Positions 1 through 9,084 are shown, numbered from the stretch's first letter. The stretch is 24,000 nt of DNA from an uncultured Candidatus Saccharibacteria bacterium (GCA_964362925.1 CAYIGA010000002.1:4951-28950); one strand, 5' to 3'. The notes: generated from the sequence alone by a model not told the origin. Numbers and translations: made by a program.

Positions 1-19
1 GTATGGACTACGAGGGGAA

Positions 20-949
20 ATGAAAATTCTAAATTCTAAATTCAAAATTCTAAATTCTCGATCGGGGTTCACACTAATCGAGTTATTGGTCGTTATCACC
101 ATCATCGGGATTTTGGTGACGTTAGTAACGGTGGCCGTTGTCCCGATCCAGCGTAAAAGCCGCGACGCGAAGCGCAAGGCCGAAATCAACAGTTTATTGT
201 CAGGAATTAATTTGTTTAAGGCCGATTTTAAGATTTATCCCAATTCGACATTTTATTTAGGAAGCTACGGCGGTTCGGCCTTCGATACCGACAATCCGCG
301 GAACCCCAACTCCAACTACGCCGTCGCGACCGATATTGCTAACAACTGCAACAACGCTACTGTTGGCGCGACCAGTACATTTTTGAACCTGAACGGCCAA
401 ACGATCGACGCTCCCGGTAAACCAACAATCATCGAGATGGATACAAAGCCCTTACTGATGAGTCCCGGTTTCGTTTCGGTCAACAATTTCCTCATCTGCT
501 TGCGTTATATGGATCGCTTGCTGGCCGATCCCAAACCACTGACATCGGCTGACGCTGATAAGTATCAGTACAGGGTTTCGTACGACTACGGCGATGTGAT
601 CGTGACCTCACGGCTCGAGAACGATACCACCGATACCGACGCCAGCTATATGTTCAACGACACTCTGGCCGCCGCCGGCGGAGCACCGAAGCGCTACTAT
701 CGCGGCAGCGGCGTGGTCGTACGGCATCTGGACGACAGTAGTGATGTAGCCGGTTTCTTCTCTAACCTAAGTGGTACAAATGTTGATGGCAAATATCTCT
801 ACCAGTGCAAGACTGATAGTCTCAACGTCGCCATCGCCCGGGACAATCGCGTCATCAATGAACCGATTGTCAGCGATCAAGGGGTTTACGCCGCCAACCC
901 AACTTGTCAAAATCAACCGGGAGGACTTGATGTTATTCCAGCGTACTAA
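20..949 (+). CDS. Type IV pilin-like protein with prepilin-type N-terminal cleavage/methylation motif (309 aa; candidate major subunit)
   Basis: ATG at 20 is preceded by GAGGGG (12-17). N-terminus MKILNSKFKILNSRSG|FTLIELLVVITIIGILVTLV has a basic leader, G-1, F+1, E+5 and a ~20-residue hydrophobic helix. It is followed by RKSRDAKRKAEINSL...YPNS, typical of the pilin helix/head junction. Several Cys residues lie in the C-terminal half. Confidence 0.85.
   Translation: MKILNSKFKILNSRSGFTLIELLVVITIIGILVTLVTVAVVPIQRKSRDAKRKAEINSLLSGINLFKADFKIYPNSTFYLGSYGGSAFDTDNPRNPNSNYAVATDIANNCNNATVGATSTFLNLNGQTIDAPGKPTIIEMDTKPLLMSPGFVSVNNFLICLRYMDRLLADPKPLTSADADKYQYRVSYDYGDVIVTSRLENDTTDTDASYMFNDTLAAAGGAPKRYYRGSGVVVRHLDDSSDVAGFFSNLSGTNVDGKYLYQCKTDSLNVAIARDNRVINEPIVSDQGVYAANPTCQNQPGGLDVIPAY
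24..58 (+). repeat. Heptanucleotide tandem repeat (AAATTCT)x5, third unit AAATTCA, inside codons 2-13 of the pilin gene
   Basis: Direct reading gives aaattct aaattct aaattca aaattct aaattct at 24-58. The unit length of 7 is not a multiple of 3. Confidence 0.9.
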
Positions 950-2216
950 CAATCGGAGCTACTCGTTAGTCGAACTACTAGTAGTGATCGGCGTTGTCAC
1001 GACCATTGGCATTACTAGCATCCCCAATCTTTTCAACCGCAACGATCGGCTCTTGTTGGACTCTAGCGCCAATCAACTTCGTCAGGTCATGATCGAAGCG
1101 ACCACCCGCGCCCAAGCGCCTGATAAAAACGACTCGTCTGGTTCCCCGCAGGTTTTCCAAGTCTCATTTGGCAAATTTACTAAGGACGCCACCACGACTG
1201 GTGTCGCTGTGGGCGATGCGACGACCAACACCATTGCTCTTGAGCGCGGACTCGTCCAATGCGATACTGGCGATCTTCAAGGTGGCTTTACAACCTTGCG
1301 GAGTTTCACCCTGCCCCGCGGCATTTATCTGTCGTCTTTCTACCCATCTAACCAAACCGCCAGCGACGATCGGGCGGTCATTCGCTTTGCCGTTGGCGAC
1401 AACGGTTTTAGTTGCGGCAGTTACAACAAACCAGTCTACAAATCAGGTCAGCTATTTCTAGGCGATTGGTTGGGTGTAGATAAGGCCAATAGCCTGACCG
1501 TGGCTCGTTATTTAGTCGTCGAGCTTGCCAGTCAAAAAGTCGGCGACAAACGCTTTGTGACGCTTGATCGCGTCACTCATCAAGTCGCCGTGACCCGGTC
1601 TAATCCCCAAAGCTATTTCACGCCCGTGGTCGATAAGCTTGCTCCGAAGTGGAACGATGTCGATCTCAACAACTTCACGATGTCAGTGGCCTGCGGCTCG
1701 CCAGAGTCAAGTATCATCATCAATTTTCCCCGAGCCAAGGATCGGGTTAATGACCTGGATAAAGTCGACGCAAACCTCTTTGTCGCTTACAATATTAACT
1801 GGAAAGTCGGCGGGGTAGACCAGCCGTTGGCGATTAATTATTTCTATGATTTAGCGCTCTCGACGATTCGATTTCAATTTATAACCGATTTGTTTACCGT
1901 CGCCAACCAGCCAAAAAAGTTGGTCGTTACCGTCGCCGCGGTTGACGGATTGGGGAAAATACAGCCCGCCTACGACGCCGCTGCCCTAGACCCGGCCAAT
2001 CTTCTCAATCAACGTCAAAAGGCCTTCGTGGCAACTTGCGGCTCGGTTATCTCCGATCCAGACCCCGATCCAGACCCGCCGGACAAGCCAATCGATCCGC
2101 CCGGCGATACGGAGGCCTGTAATCCAATATCGAACATTAAACCTAATTTAACTAGAAGAATTACCCAGGTCTTAATCGGTCGCTCGGTGGCGGCTCGGCC
2201 TTCTTGCCTACCTTAA
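930..2216 (+). CDS. Minor pilin-like protein with non-canonical prepilin N-terminus (428 aa)
   Basis: ATG at 930 has GGGAGGA (919-925) 4 nt upstream and overlaps the upstream gene by 20 nt. N-terminus MLFQRTNNRS|YSLVELLVVIGVVTTIGITSIPNL gives S-1, Y+1, E+5 and a hydrophobic helix. The GVT-track start at 771 (GTG) adds 53 residues that overlap the previous gene. The C-terminus has a DPDPDPDPPD tract. Confidence 0.7.
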   Translation: MLFQRTNNRSYSLVELLVVIGVVTTIGITSIPNLFNRNDRLLLDSSANQLRQVMIEATTRAQAPDKNDSSGSPQVFQVSFGKFTKDATTTGVAVGDATTNTIALERGLVQCDTGDLQGGFTTLRSFTLPRGIYLSSFYPSNQTASDDRAVIRFAVGDNGFSCGSYNKPVYKSGQLFLGDWLGVDKANSLTVARYLVVELASQKVGDKRFVTLDRVTHQVAVTRSNPQSYFTPVVDKLAPKWNDVDLNNFTMSVACGSPESSIIINFPRAKDRVNDLDKVDANLFVAYNINWKVGGVDQPLAINYFYDLALSTIRFQFITDLFTVANQPKKLVVTVAAVDGLGKIQPAYDAAALDPANLLNQRQKAFVATCGSVISDPDPDPDPPDKPIDPPGDTEACNPISNIKPNLTRRITQVLIGRSVAARPSCLP

Positions 2217-2227
2217 GAAGAGTCATC

Positions 2228-2752
2228 ATGACTAAATATTACCATTGGATAAAGAAAAGTTGTCTCTTAAACTGGCAATGTCTTTTTCGGGTTAAGTCTC
2301 GACCGGGATTTTCTCTCATTGAAGTCCTTTTCGCGATTACATTTTTGATTTTGGTCGGGACGGCGATGACTTCGCTTAATTATGCCGCTGCTCGCCTAAC
2401 CGAGACAACCGAATTGAAACAGATGGCGCTGGGTTTAAACGAGCAGTCGCTCTCTTTTGTCGCCCTAAAGAAACGGGCCTTGGGTGGCGCTTTTGCGACT
2501 ACCTACCAAGGATGTATCACCCCAGTCGGCGCAGTCACCGCAGTCATCTGCTATGTCATCTGCCCGACCGACATCAATCAGGATTGTCTTTTGAAATTAA
2601 CTAGGGAGGCGGTAAAAGTCGGGACGAGCAAATTGCAATTTGTGCCGTCGGCCATCATTCGGCCAACAGGAAGCAGTTACCTCGTTAACGCCACCACATC
2701 TTGGGGCAGCGGCATCCAAAGACAGTTAACAACAGCGAGAATAATCGAATGA
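2228..2752 (+). CDS. Minor pilin/pseudopilin-like protein (174 aa)
   Basis: RVKSRPG|FSLIEVLFAITFLILVGTAM matches the prepilin motif with G-1, F+1 and E+5. ATG 2228 is preferred over TTG 2204. The leader is unusually long at 28 aa, so the start is uncertain. Confidence 0.65.
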   Translation: MTKYYHWIKKSCLLNWQCLFRVKSRPGFSLIEVLFAITFLILVGTAMTSLNYAAARLTETTELKQMALGLNEQSLSFVALKKRALGGAFATTYQGCITPVGAVTAVICYVICPTDINQDCLLKLTREAVKVGTSKLQFVPSAIIRPTGSSYLVNATTSWGSGIQRQLTTARIIE

Positions 2753-3999
2753 CGGTGAAGTCAAATCACCACCTCCACCTGGCAGGTGGAGGTGGTTCAG
2801 CGCCAAGGGGCTTTACCTTGATTGAGCTCGTCATCAGCGTCGCCCTGTTTATTATCGCCATCAGTATCGCTCTATTTACTGTCGTCGGCACCAACGGGCT
2901 AATTCAAAAAGCCGATGCCCGAAGCGCTATTAGTGAAAGCACTCGCGGTGTTGGCGAGGCCGTTCGACGGGCAGTCGATAACGCTTCGGTTGGCGCTGTC
3001 AATATTCTCTCCGACCAGGGCAGTACCGTCGCCGTTCAGATCAAAGCATTTTCCGATTTGCAATCGGGTAACACCTGTACCGTCATCGGCCGATCGACCG
3101 CCAGTACCGATCCGGGCGGGGAGGAGAAATATACTCTCGCCAAGGGCGGAACGGTGATCGCGCTCCTCGTTTATAACATCGATTCGGCTGGGCTCTGCCC
3201 CAGTCTAAGCACCGATCCGATTTACCAAAATCGCTTAACGAACGCTCAAGCCGTTGTTAAAGATATCCAGTTCTCTCTCCAAAATATCGTTTGTACCCCG
3301 ATTACGGCCAGTTGTGTCGTCAAGCAGTTACTCCGTTATTCCCTGACGCTAGAGCTGCTCCAAAAGGGCAGTGGCGGGATCAGCGAAGCTCGTTCTCCAA
3401 CGCTAACTATTCAAGAAGGGCTGCCAATTGGCTTGGTTAACGAGGCGACGATCGTTTTGAAAATCGAGACGTCGACACTTTTCGGTGGAACAAAAGATCA
3501 GGCTTACAACGACATCGTCACTGCTAGCGGCGGCATCCCCAACTATACCTGGTCAATTAGGGGCGGATCCTTGCCAGGTGGTTTGTCGCTCAACGGTTCA
3601 ACCGGCGCCATCACCGGCACGCCGACTGGATCTGGCCTAAGTAATTTCACTATTAAAGTGACCGATAGCGTCGGTGTCAGCGCCGAAAAGCCGCTGTCAA
3701 TTATAATTGTCGCTGGCCAGAAGCTGTCAATTACAACCAGTTCTTTACCCTCCGCCTCGGTCGGCTTCTCTTACTCAACTACTCTAGCGGCTAACGGTGG
3801 CACAACACCTTATACTTGGTCGTTGGCCGTTGGTTCTTTGCCGTCTGGTCTGTCACTTAACCCCACCACTGGTCTAATCAGCGGTACCCCACTCTCAGCA
3901 GGAACTCACGACTTTACTGTCCGAGTGACTGACGCGGCGGCGCCTAACGACGCCGCTACTAAACCGCTTACGATCAGAGTTGATTTTGGGCCACTATGA
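2749..3999 (+). CDS. Pilin-like protein with two C-terminal Ig-like (He_PIG-type) repeats (416 aa)
   Basis: ATG 2749 overlaps the upstream stop as ATGA. The motif SAPRG|FTLIELVISVALFIIAISIAL is present. The C-terminus carries two ~80-aa repeats: GGIPNYTWSIRGGSLPGGLSLNGSTGAITGTPTGSGLSNFTIKVTD and GGTTPYTWSLAVGSLPSGLSLNPTTGLISGTPLSAGTHDFTVRVTD. This is the Y-x-W...LP-x-GL-x-L....G-x-I-x-GTP pattern of putative Ig domains. Confidence 0.8.
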   Translation: MTVKSNHHLHLAGGGGSAPRGFTLIELVISVALFIIAISIALFTVVGTNGLIQKADARSAISESTRGVGEAVRRAVDNASVGAVNILSDQGSTVAVQIKAFSDLQSGNTCTVIGRSTASTDPGGEEKYTLAKGGTVIALLVYNIDSAGLCPSLSTDPIYQNRLTNAQAVVKDIQFSLQNIVCTPITASCVVKQLLRYSLTLELLQKGSGGISEARSPTLTIQEGLPIGLVNEATIVLKIETSTLFGGTKDQAYNDIVTASGGIPNYTWSIRGGSLPGGLSLNGSTGAITGTPTGSGLSNFTIKVTDSVGVSAEKPLSIIIVAGQKLSITTSSLPSASVGFSYSTTLAANGGTTPYTWSLAVGSLPSGLSLNPTTGLISGTPLSAGTHDFTVRVTDAAAPNDAATKPLTIRVDFGPL

Positions 4000-6900
4000 A
4001 AAACGAACTGGCTCAAAAATCGGCTTCGGCGTTGCTACTGACAGTGATGATAATCGCCATTCTGACGACAACGACCTTGGCTTCGATCGCCGTCCGCTTC
4101 GACCAATTAGCATCAACTGACAAAATTGCCAACTCGGCCGTGGCTAAATCGGCCGCTGATTCGGCTCTCGTCAAAGTCAAAGAAAAACTGGCCGCCCAAA
4201 CACCGATAACGCCGAAGGTCTTTAACCTTGACGACAACACCGAATCCGATCTCTCGCCAACCACTCCGTTTCGGCCTAACCCGCGCAAAATTGTCTCCAC
4301 CTACGCCAAGGTTCCTTCTTCGCTACCGCGCTGCAGTGGCGTCATCGTCTTGGTGCCGTGGACCAACGACGGTAAATATCTATTGAGCCAGAGTAACGAA
4401 TCCAACCCGGCCTTGATCTTTCACTTGGCTAATATCGTCAACGACACGCCGCTTGGGATTATCCCCGGTAACGGCGATCTAGGCGGTAACGGCGACGATA
4501 ATCCCGAAAAACAAAAAACCATCTCCCAGCTGACCAATATGGGCCATTTCTATAACCCCTTCGCGCCGGTTGGCGCCAAGCAGAAAGACTTGAACTACTG
4601 GATCGTTAAACTCGGCGGGCCCCAGGATCAGTTTTTAACCCGAAAGGCCGCCGATGGCGCTAGTTCTTTTTACAAAAATGTCGACTTTGTCTACTTGCCG
4701 TACTTGCCCCGCTGGCAGGATTCGGGGCTGTTCACCACCGCCTCGGGCTCGAAAGTTGATCGAATCTCGGCGACTGATTTACGGCTGAAATTTGAGTCGA
4801 TTATTAAAGACAATAATTTTAAAGTTTGGATCGACGCCTCGATAACTGATTCTGATCTTTATCGATACGGCTTTGGCGATCTCTTTGTCGACTCGACTGA
4901 TTATCGCCTGAAGTGGCTTCAGCCCTCGCTCTGGAACGACACGCCAGAGGCCGATAATTTCTCGACACCGTACATCACCGAAAATGCCGAACCCTCCCAG
5001 ACCTTGAAGTGGAGTAAGCAAGACCAGCCCCTAATGACTGATAAGGAAGGCGGTTGGAAGGTGGCGATAGTCAAGGGCGCCCAATCGTTTTCATTTGTCA
5101 AGCTGGCCGATAACAACCAAACGTTTACTGCCGGCGCCACCATCACTGGTTTAGTCTACGGCTCGTTGGAGGGATTACGCTTAAATCAGTCGATCACCTT
5201 GTTACTGCTCAATAAGGATCAGCAACCGCTGAATCTCCAATCGCGCCAACGAGACCCAGGGCGATTATACCGAGTTGAACTGACTAAAATTGGCTCGGAA
5301 ACCATCTCGAACAACGTCAAGTCGATCAGCCTTGATTTCCAGTTGAGTAGCGTTGCCTACGATACGCCGCCAAAAGCCGACGGTATGGCCGTTACCGGGT
5401 CGGATCTTGACGTCATTGCCGTCTTGGCCCCGCCCCAGTTCTCGACGACCAAGTCGATCGATTCAGTCAAAATTGAATCGCCTGGTGGCAACGGGACGGA
5501 AATTACTTTCTCCCCTGGCTCTAAATGCCTAACCCCCTGTCCAGCCGTCGGCGATTTGGTTAACCTTACTAAAGCCACTAAAACGCCCGTTTGGGGCAAA
5601 GTGACCGATGTTGATTACTCTGATGGGACCGAGCTGGTCAGTTTTAGCGTTGACAAACTCCGCCTAAGCCCGCTACCAACCCGAGAGATGGCTTATACCT
5701 CTTTTGATGATGATGGCAAGACGAAAATCGCTTACTACGGCGGTAGCATCACCACCAACGACTACGACGGCGGTTACGCCACCGAATCGGATCAGCTCTG
5801 GATTTACGACCCGGAGGAGGCCGATCCTTCAAAGTCTTGGGAATTCAAGGCCTCGGACGATCCTGCTGGTCCCGGTCGTCGAGCCGGCGCCTCAATGGTT
5901 TACGATTCGGAAAATAATCGTTTAGTCATGATCGGCGGCTACTATCACCAGTCGATCGACGCTTCCGGTCAGGGGGACTGTGAGGAATTTCAAGCCCTTT
6001 GTCTCAATACCAATTGGCCCGGTCTACGAATTGCCAAGCGAGTGACAAACGACGTTTACGTCTTTGACTTAAAGAACGCCAAATGGAAGAAAATTGATTA
6101 CACCTTTGATGCTGACAAAAAAATTCAACAGGACGGATCCTATCTGGTCCGACTAACTTCAAGTCTGGCCGACCGCTCGGGTCTGGAACGGTGGGAGATG
6201 ATTGCTAAAAATCCGATCAATGTCCCTCAAACCTTATATGTTGACGGTAATCCTTCGACAATTACTCTTTCTCCTAGCGCCGCCGGCTTGGCAAAAGGCG
6301 ATGAAATTTATCTTTACGGTAGCAAATTGGACAACAGCAAATTTTACGCTTGGGGCAAGATTGACGAGCTTAATTACCCAGCCGATAGCGTTACCGTTTC
6401 GACCTACGGCTATAAAGGTGATCAAGTCCAAGTGTCAGTCAAGATGAATTCTCTGGCCATTCAAGTTGTCAAGCGACAAATTACCACTACTACCTGTACT
6501 GGTGTGGTCTCCGCTGTGGTCTCCGGCTCGCTTTACTCCTGCCTACTAGCCGACACGACCGGATACGCCGTTGGCGATTCGGTCGTTTTGGAGCAATACG
6601 ATCTTAATAATAACTTAAGCAACACCCTGTCCGGTTTTATTAGCTTCATTAACCCCGCCAATAGTCAGGCTTACTTCATCGCTGACGAGCGAGTTACGCC
6701 CGCTGGTTTTAAAGATTATTCCGTTCAAAGTGCGGGAATAGTCGATAACGACTCGGTCATCGCTTTCCCTTCGGCTCGCTACGGCGCTACCTTTGCCCTT
6801 CAGCCAACAACGCCAACGGAAGCCGTTTATTGGCAGGGGACGGCCAGAAACATTAACTCCAATCACCGCTTTACTGATTTGTGGAAGGTTGAGTTTGTCA

Positions 6901-9065
6901 AAGGACAAGACGAGAAAAGCGCCGTTTGGTCGTTCCAACCAACCGACAATAGTATCGATCCCGACTTAAATGATAAATACAATTTTCAGGTTATTCAGCC
7001 CAGCTACTCTTATCAGATTCGCACGACCAAATCAGCTGGCAATAAGAAGGTTGTAAAAGATAAGTCCGACCTTGATCATCGAACTCAAAAGAACACGACA
7101 ATTTGGGACGACGAGAAGCGTTGGCTATTGGAGATCGACCCGAATGACGCTGGCAAAGTTGTCGTTGGCGCCTGGGCAACCTTGGAGCGGCGCTTGGACG
7201 CTGACGGTACTCGAGAAACTTTCCACGGCATCGTCGAGGATATCTACTCCGCTAATAACCGCTGCGGTGTCTTCGTCTATGCTGAAAATATACTCTGTCT
7301 TCGCCATAATCCAACCTATCCCGGAGATTCCGGCCTAGCCGATGATTCCAAGAACGTTAAAGTGACGATGACGCCGTCGTTTCGGACTGATATTGCTAGC
7401 GGCGGCGTCTTTAAGGGCGCGACTGATTCTGTCACGCTCAAGAACGTGCCGAGCGCCAAGCTTGGCAGCGTTCCCGGTGTTGGGGCGATGGTGATGATCT
7501 GGAAAGACGACGGCAACTGGCCAACAAACGCCTACACCTTTATTGTTAGCGGACGAGCCTACACTCCCAACAATAAGACTTTCAAGTTTTTATTTGACAA
7601 GCTGACCGCTTCACCTCATCCGATCGGTTACAGCACCAGCCAGATTGCTCGGGCTGGTAGTACTGATCGCTTAGTGACAATTACCGATCACCAGATGAAT
7701 TATTACGATGATACTAACGGCCCGGAATGGATCAAAAACACCTCTTCTGGGGCTTGGAAAATCCGCTTGGCGACAAAAAATCCCGGTCTCCTCTATCGAC
7801 CGGCGCCCCGTCGAGGTGGAATGATGGCCAGTATTTATATTGACGAGGCCGGATCTAAAACCAGTAAGCTATTTGTGGTCGGCGGGACGTTTGGTCAATA
7901 CGGCTCGTTATGGAAAGAAGAAAATGCCGGTCTCGATAAAGGCGCGACGCTCAAATGGCTGCCCCAATACGTCTCGCCTGACTCAACTGAAGATATCCCT
8001 AATCTATTCGGCGGCTCTTTAGTTGTTTATAAATCAGGCCGTAATATTAAGGCGGTTTATTTCGGCGGTAAACAAAAAACCGATCTTTCGAGCGCTGATT
8101 ACGGTCGCTCAATCGGCGCCAAGATGCTCGGCCGACCAGACAACGGGACAATGATTGACGGTAGTTATTATATTATTGACTCCGATGTCGCCGATCCAAC
8201 TGCTCGGGCCCTAACCAACACCATTGAGCAGAACGACGCCAACTGGCCAACTGGTGTTGATAAATCACTAAAATTTAAGGGCGGTGATCGGAGCACTAAG
8301 TCGGTCTGCGCTTATCTTGGTCAGGTCAATTCCTCCTCCTGCTCGTCAAAATCTCTCCTGTCGCAGTTGGGCGACCTCGGTCGCCTTGATGATTCGGCTC
8401 CGAATGACCCGTACAACGGCTGGACCTGGGGCAAATCGGCTATTTTGTCGGAGCTGGGCGATGCCTTCAAAAAACAAAATGTCGGTGGCACAGTTAAAGC
8501 CAGCTTAATAATGTCCACCCCGACCCTATCCGGTAGCGGCGTTAACGGCCGCTGGGAGCAGGACGGCTACCGCCCGTACTGCAAGGATACTGGCGCTGGA
8601 CCCTGTGGCAACTGGGTCTCTCAAGTCTACGGTCGGCTTGGAACTGACTTTGCTTCCAATAAAACCGCCGCCCTGGTCGCCTATAGCTCGATTAATAACG
8701 CCGAGCATAAAGGTGGGGCTATTTTGGCAACGACCGTTGGCGTCGGCCTGGCCATTGCCAACAATCGGGGCGGTACAACTGGAACCAATGGCGGATGGTA
8801 CAGCTACTGCGCCGCTAGCGAGATTGAAAAAGACAACGGCGAGCCGGTTCTGAAAAATAAACTCTATCAATGCCAATCGACCGCCAGTCGCTATATGTCG
8901 ACCGTGCCAGATGCCGAAGACTTGTTATTTATGCTTAACGCCACTCAAGCCCTCTCGGCCGTTAACACCTACAAAGTCGTTGGCTATTACGGCGGAGTCA
9001 AGCGGGGCTATCTGGTTACCTCAACCTCCGGCACCTTGCCGAAAATCTACGAAATCGTGCCCTAA
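3996..9065 (+). CDS. Giant pilus-associated protein (1689 aa) with PilX-like N-terminal hydrophobic anchor and Kelch-like beta-propeller blades; candidate tip adhesin
   Basis: ATG 3996 overlaps the upstream stop (ATGA) and opens an uninterrupted 5070-nt ORF. N-terminus MKNELAQKSASALLLTVMIIAILTTTTLASIAV resembles the PilX N-terminal segment and lacks E5. Kelch-like signatures occur at aa ~565-705 (IAYYGGS, LWIYDPE, RAGASMVYDSENNRLVMIGGYY, DVYVFDLKNAKWKKI). More occur at aa ~1270-1360 (RRGGMMASIYID..KLFVVGGTFG, GGSLVVYKSGRNIKAVYFGGK). Confidence 0.75.
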   Translation: MKNELAQKSASALLLTVMIIAILTTTTLASIAVRFDQLASTDKIANSAVAKSAADSALVKVKEKLAAQTPITPKVFNLDDNTESDLSPTTPFRPNPRKIVSTYAKVPSSLPRCSGVIVLVPWTNDGKYLLSQSNESNPALIFHLANIVNDTPLGIIPGNGDLGGNGDDNPEKQKTISQLTNMGHFYNPFAPVGAKQKDLNYWIVKLGGPQDQFLTRKAADGASSFYKNVDFVYLPYLPRWQDSGLFTTASGSKVDRISATDLRLKFESIIKDNNFKVWIDASITDSDLYRYGFGDLFVDSTDYRLKWLQPSLWNDTPEADNFSTPYITENAEPSQTLKWSKQDQPLMTDKEGGWKVAIVKGAQSFSFVKLADNNQTFTAGATITGLVYGSLEGLRLNQSITLLLLNKDQQPLNLQSRQRDPGRLYRVELTKIGSETISNNVKSISLDFQLSSVAYDTPPKADGMAVTGSDLDVIAVLAPPQFSTTKSIDSVKIESPGGNGTEITFSPGSKCLTPCPAVGDLVNLTKATKTPVWGKVTDVDYSDGTELVSFSVDKLRLSPLPTREMAYTSFDDDGKTKIAYYGGSITTNDYDGGYATESDQLWIYDPEEADPSKSWEFKASDDPAGPGRRAGASMVYDSENNRLVMIGGYYHQSIDASGQGDCEEFQALCLNTNWPGLRIAKRVTNDVYVFDLKNAKWKKIDYTFDADKKIQQDGSYLVRLTSSLADRSGLERWEMIAKNPINVPQTLYVDGNPSTITLSPSAAGLAKGDEIYLYGSKLDNSKFYAWGKIDELNYPADSVTVSTYGYKGDQVQVSVKMNSLAIQVVKRQITTTTCTGVVSAVVSGSLYSCLLADTTGYAVGDSVVLEQYDLNNNLSNTLSGFISFINPANSQAYFIADERVTPAGFKDYSVQSAGIVDNDSVIAFPSARYGATFALQPTTPTEAVYWQGTARNINSNHRFTDLWKVEFVKGQDEKSAVWSFQPTDNSIDPDLNDKYNFQVIQPSYSYQIRTTKSAGNKKVVKDKSDLDHRTQKNTTIWDDEKRWLLEIDPNDAGKVVVGAWATLERRLDADGTRETFHGIVEDIYSANNRCGVFVYAENILCLRHNPTYPGDSGLADDSKNVKVTMTPSFRTDIASGGVFKGATDSVTLKNVPSAKLGSVPGVGAMVMIWKDDGNWPTNAYTFIVSGRAYTPNNKTFKFLFDKLTASPHPIGYSTSQIARAGSTDRLVTITDHQMNYYDDTNGPEWIKNTSSGAWKIRLATKNPGLLYRPAPRRGGMMASIYIDEAGSKTSKLFVVGGTFGQYGSLWKEENAGLDKGATLKWLPQYVSPDSTEDIPNLFGGSLVVYKSGRNIKAVYFGGKQKTDLSSADYGRSIGAKMLGRPDNGTMIDGSYYIIDSDVADPTARALTNTIEQNDANWPTGVDKSLKFKGGDRSTKSVCAYLGQVNSSSCSSKSLLSQLGDLGRLDDSAPNDPYNGWTWGKSAILSELGDAFKKQNVGGTVKASLIMSTPTLSGSGVNGRWEQDGYRPYCKDTGAGPCGNWVSQVYGRLGTDFASNKTAALVAYSSINNAEHKGGAILATTVGVGLAIANNRGGTTGTNGGWYSYCAASEIEKDNGEPVLKNKLYQCQSTASRYMSTVPDAEDLLFMLNATQALSAVNTYKVVGYYGGVKRGYLVTSTSGTLPKIYEIVP

Positions 9066-9084
9066 AAAATCAACCCTTAAAGTT

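Noticed and set aside
771-929. GTG-initiated 53-codon N-terminal extension of the second pilin ORF (ORF track 771..2216)
   Set aside because: It lies entirely inside the first pilin gene. The ATG at 930 has a GGGAGGA SD at proper spacing and places the prepilin motif at the N-terminus, where it must be.
4013-8876. Numerous 60-116-aa ORFs antisense to, or out of frame within, the 5-kb gene (for example 4013..4300, 6615..6938, 8526..8876)
   Set aside because: They are embedded in one long uninterrupted ORF with coherent protein features. The translations are low-complexity Arg/Ser/Gly-rich shadows with no start signals.
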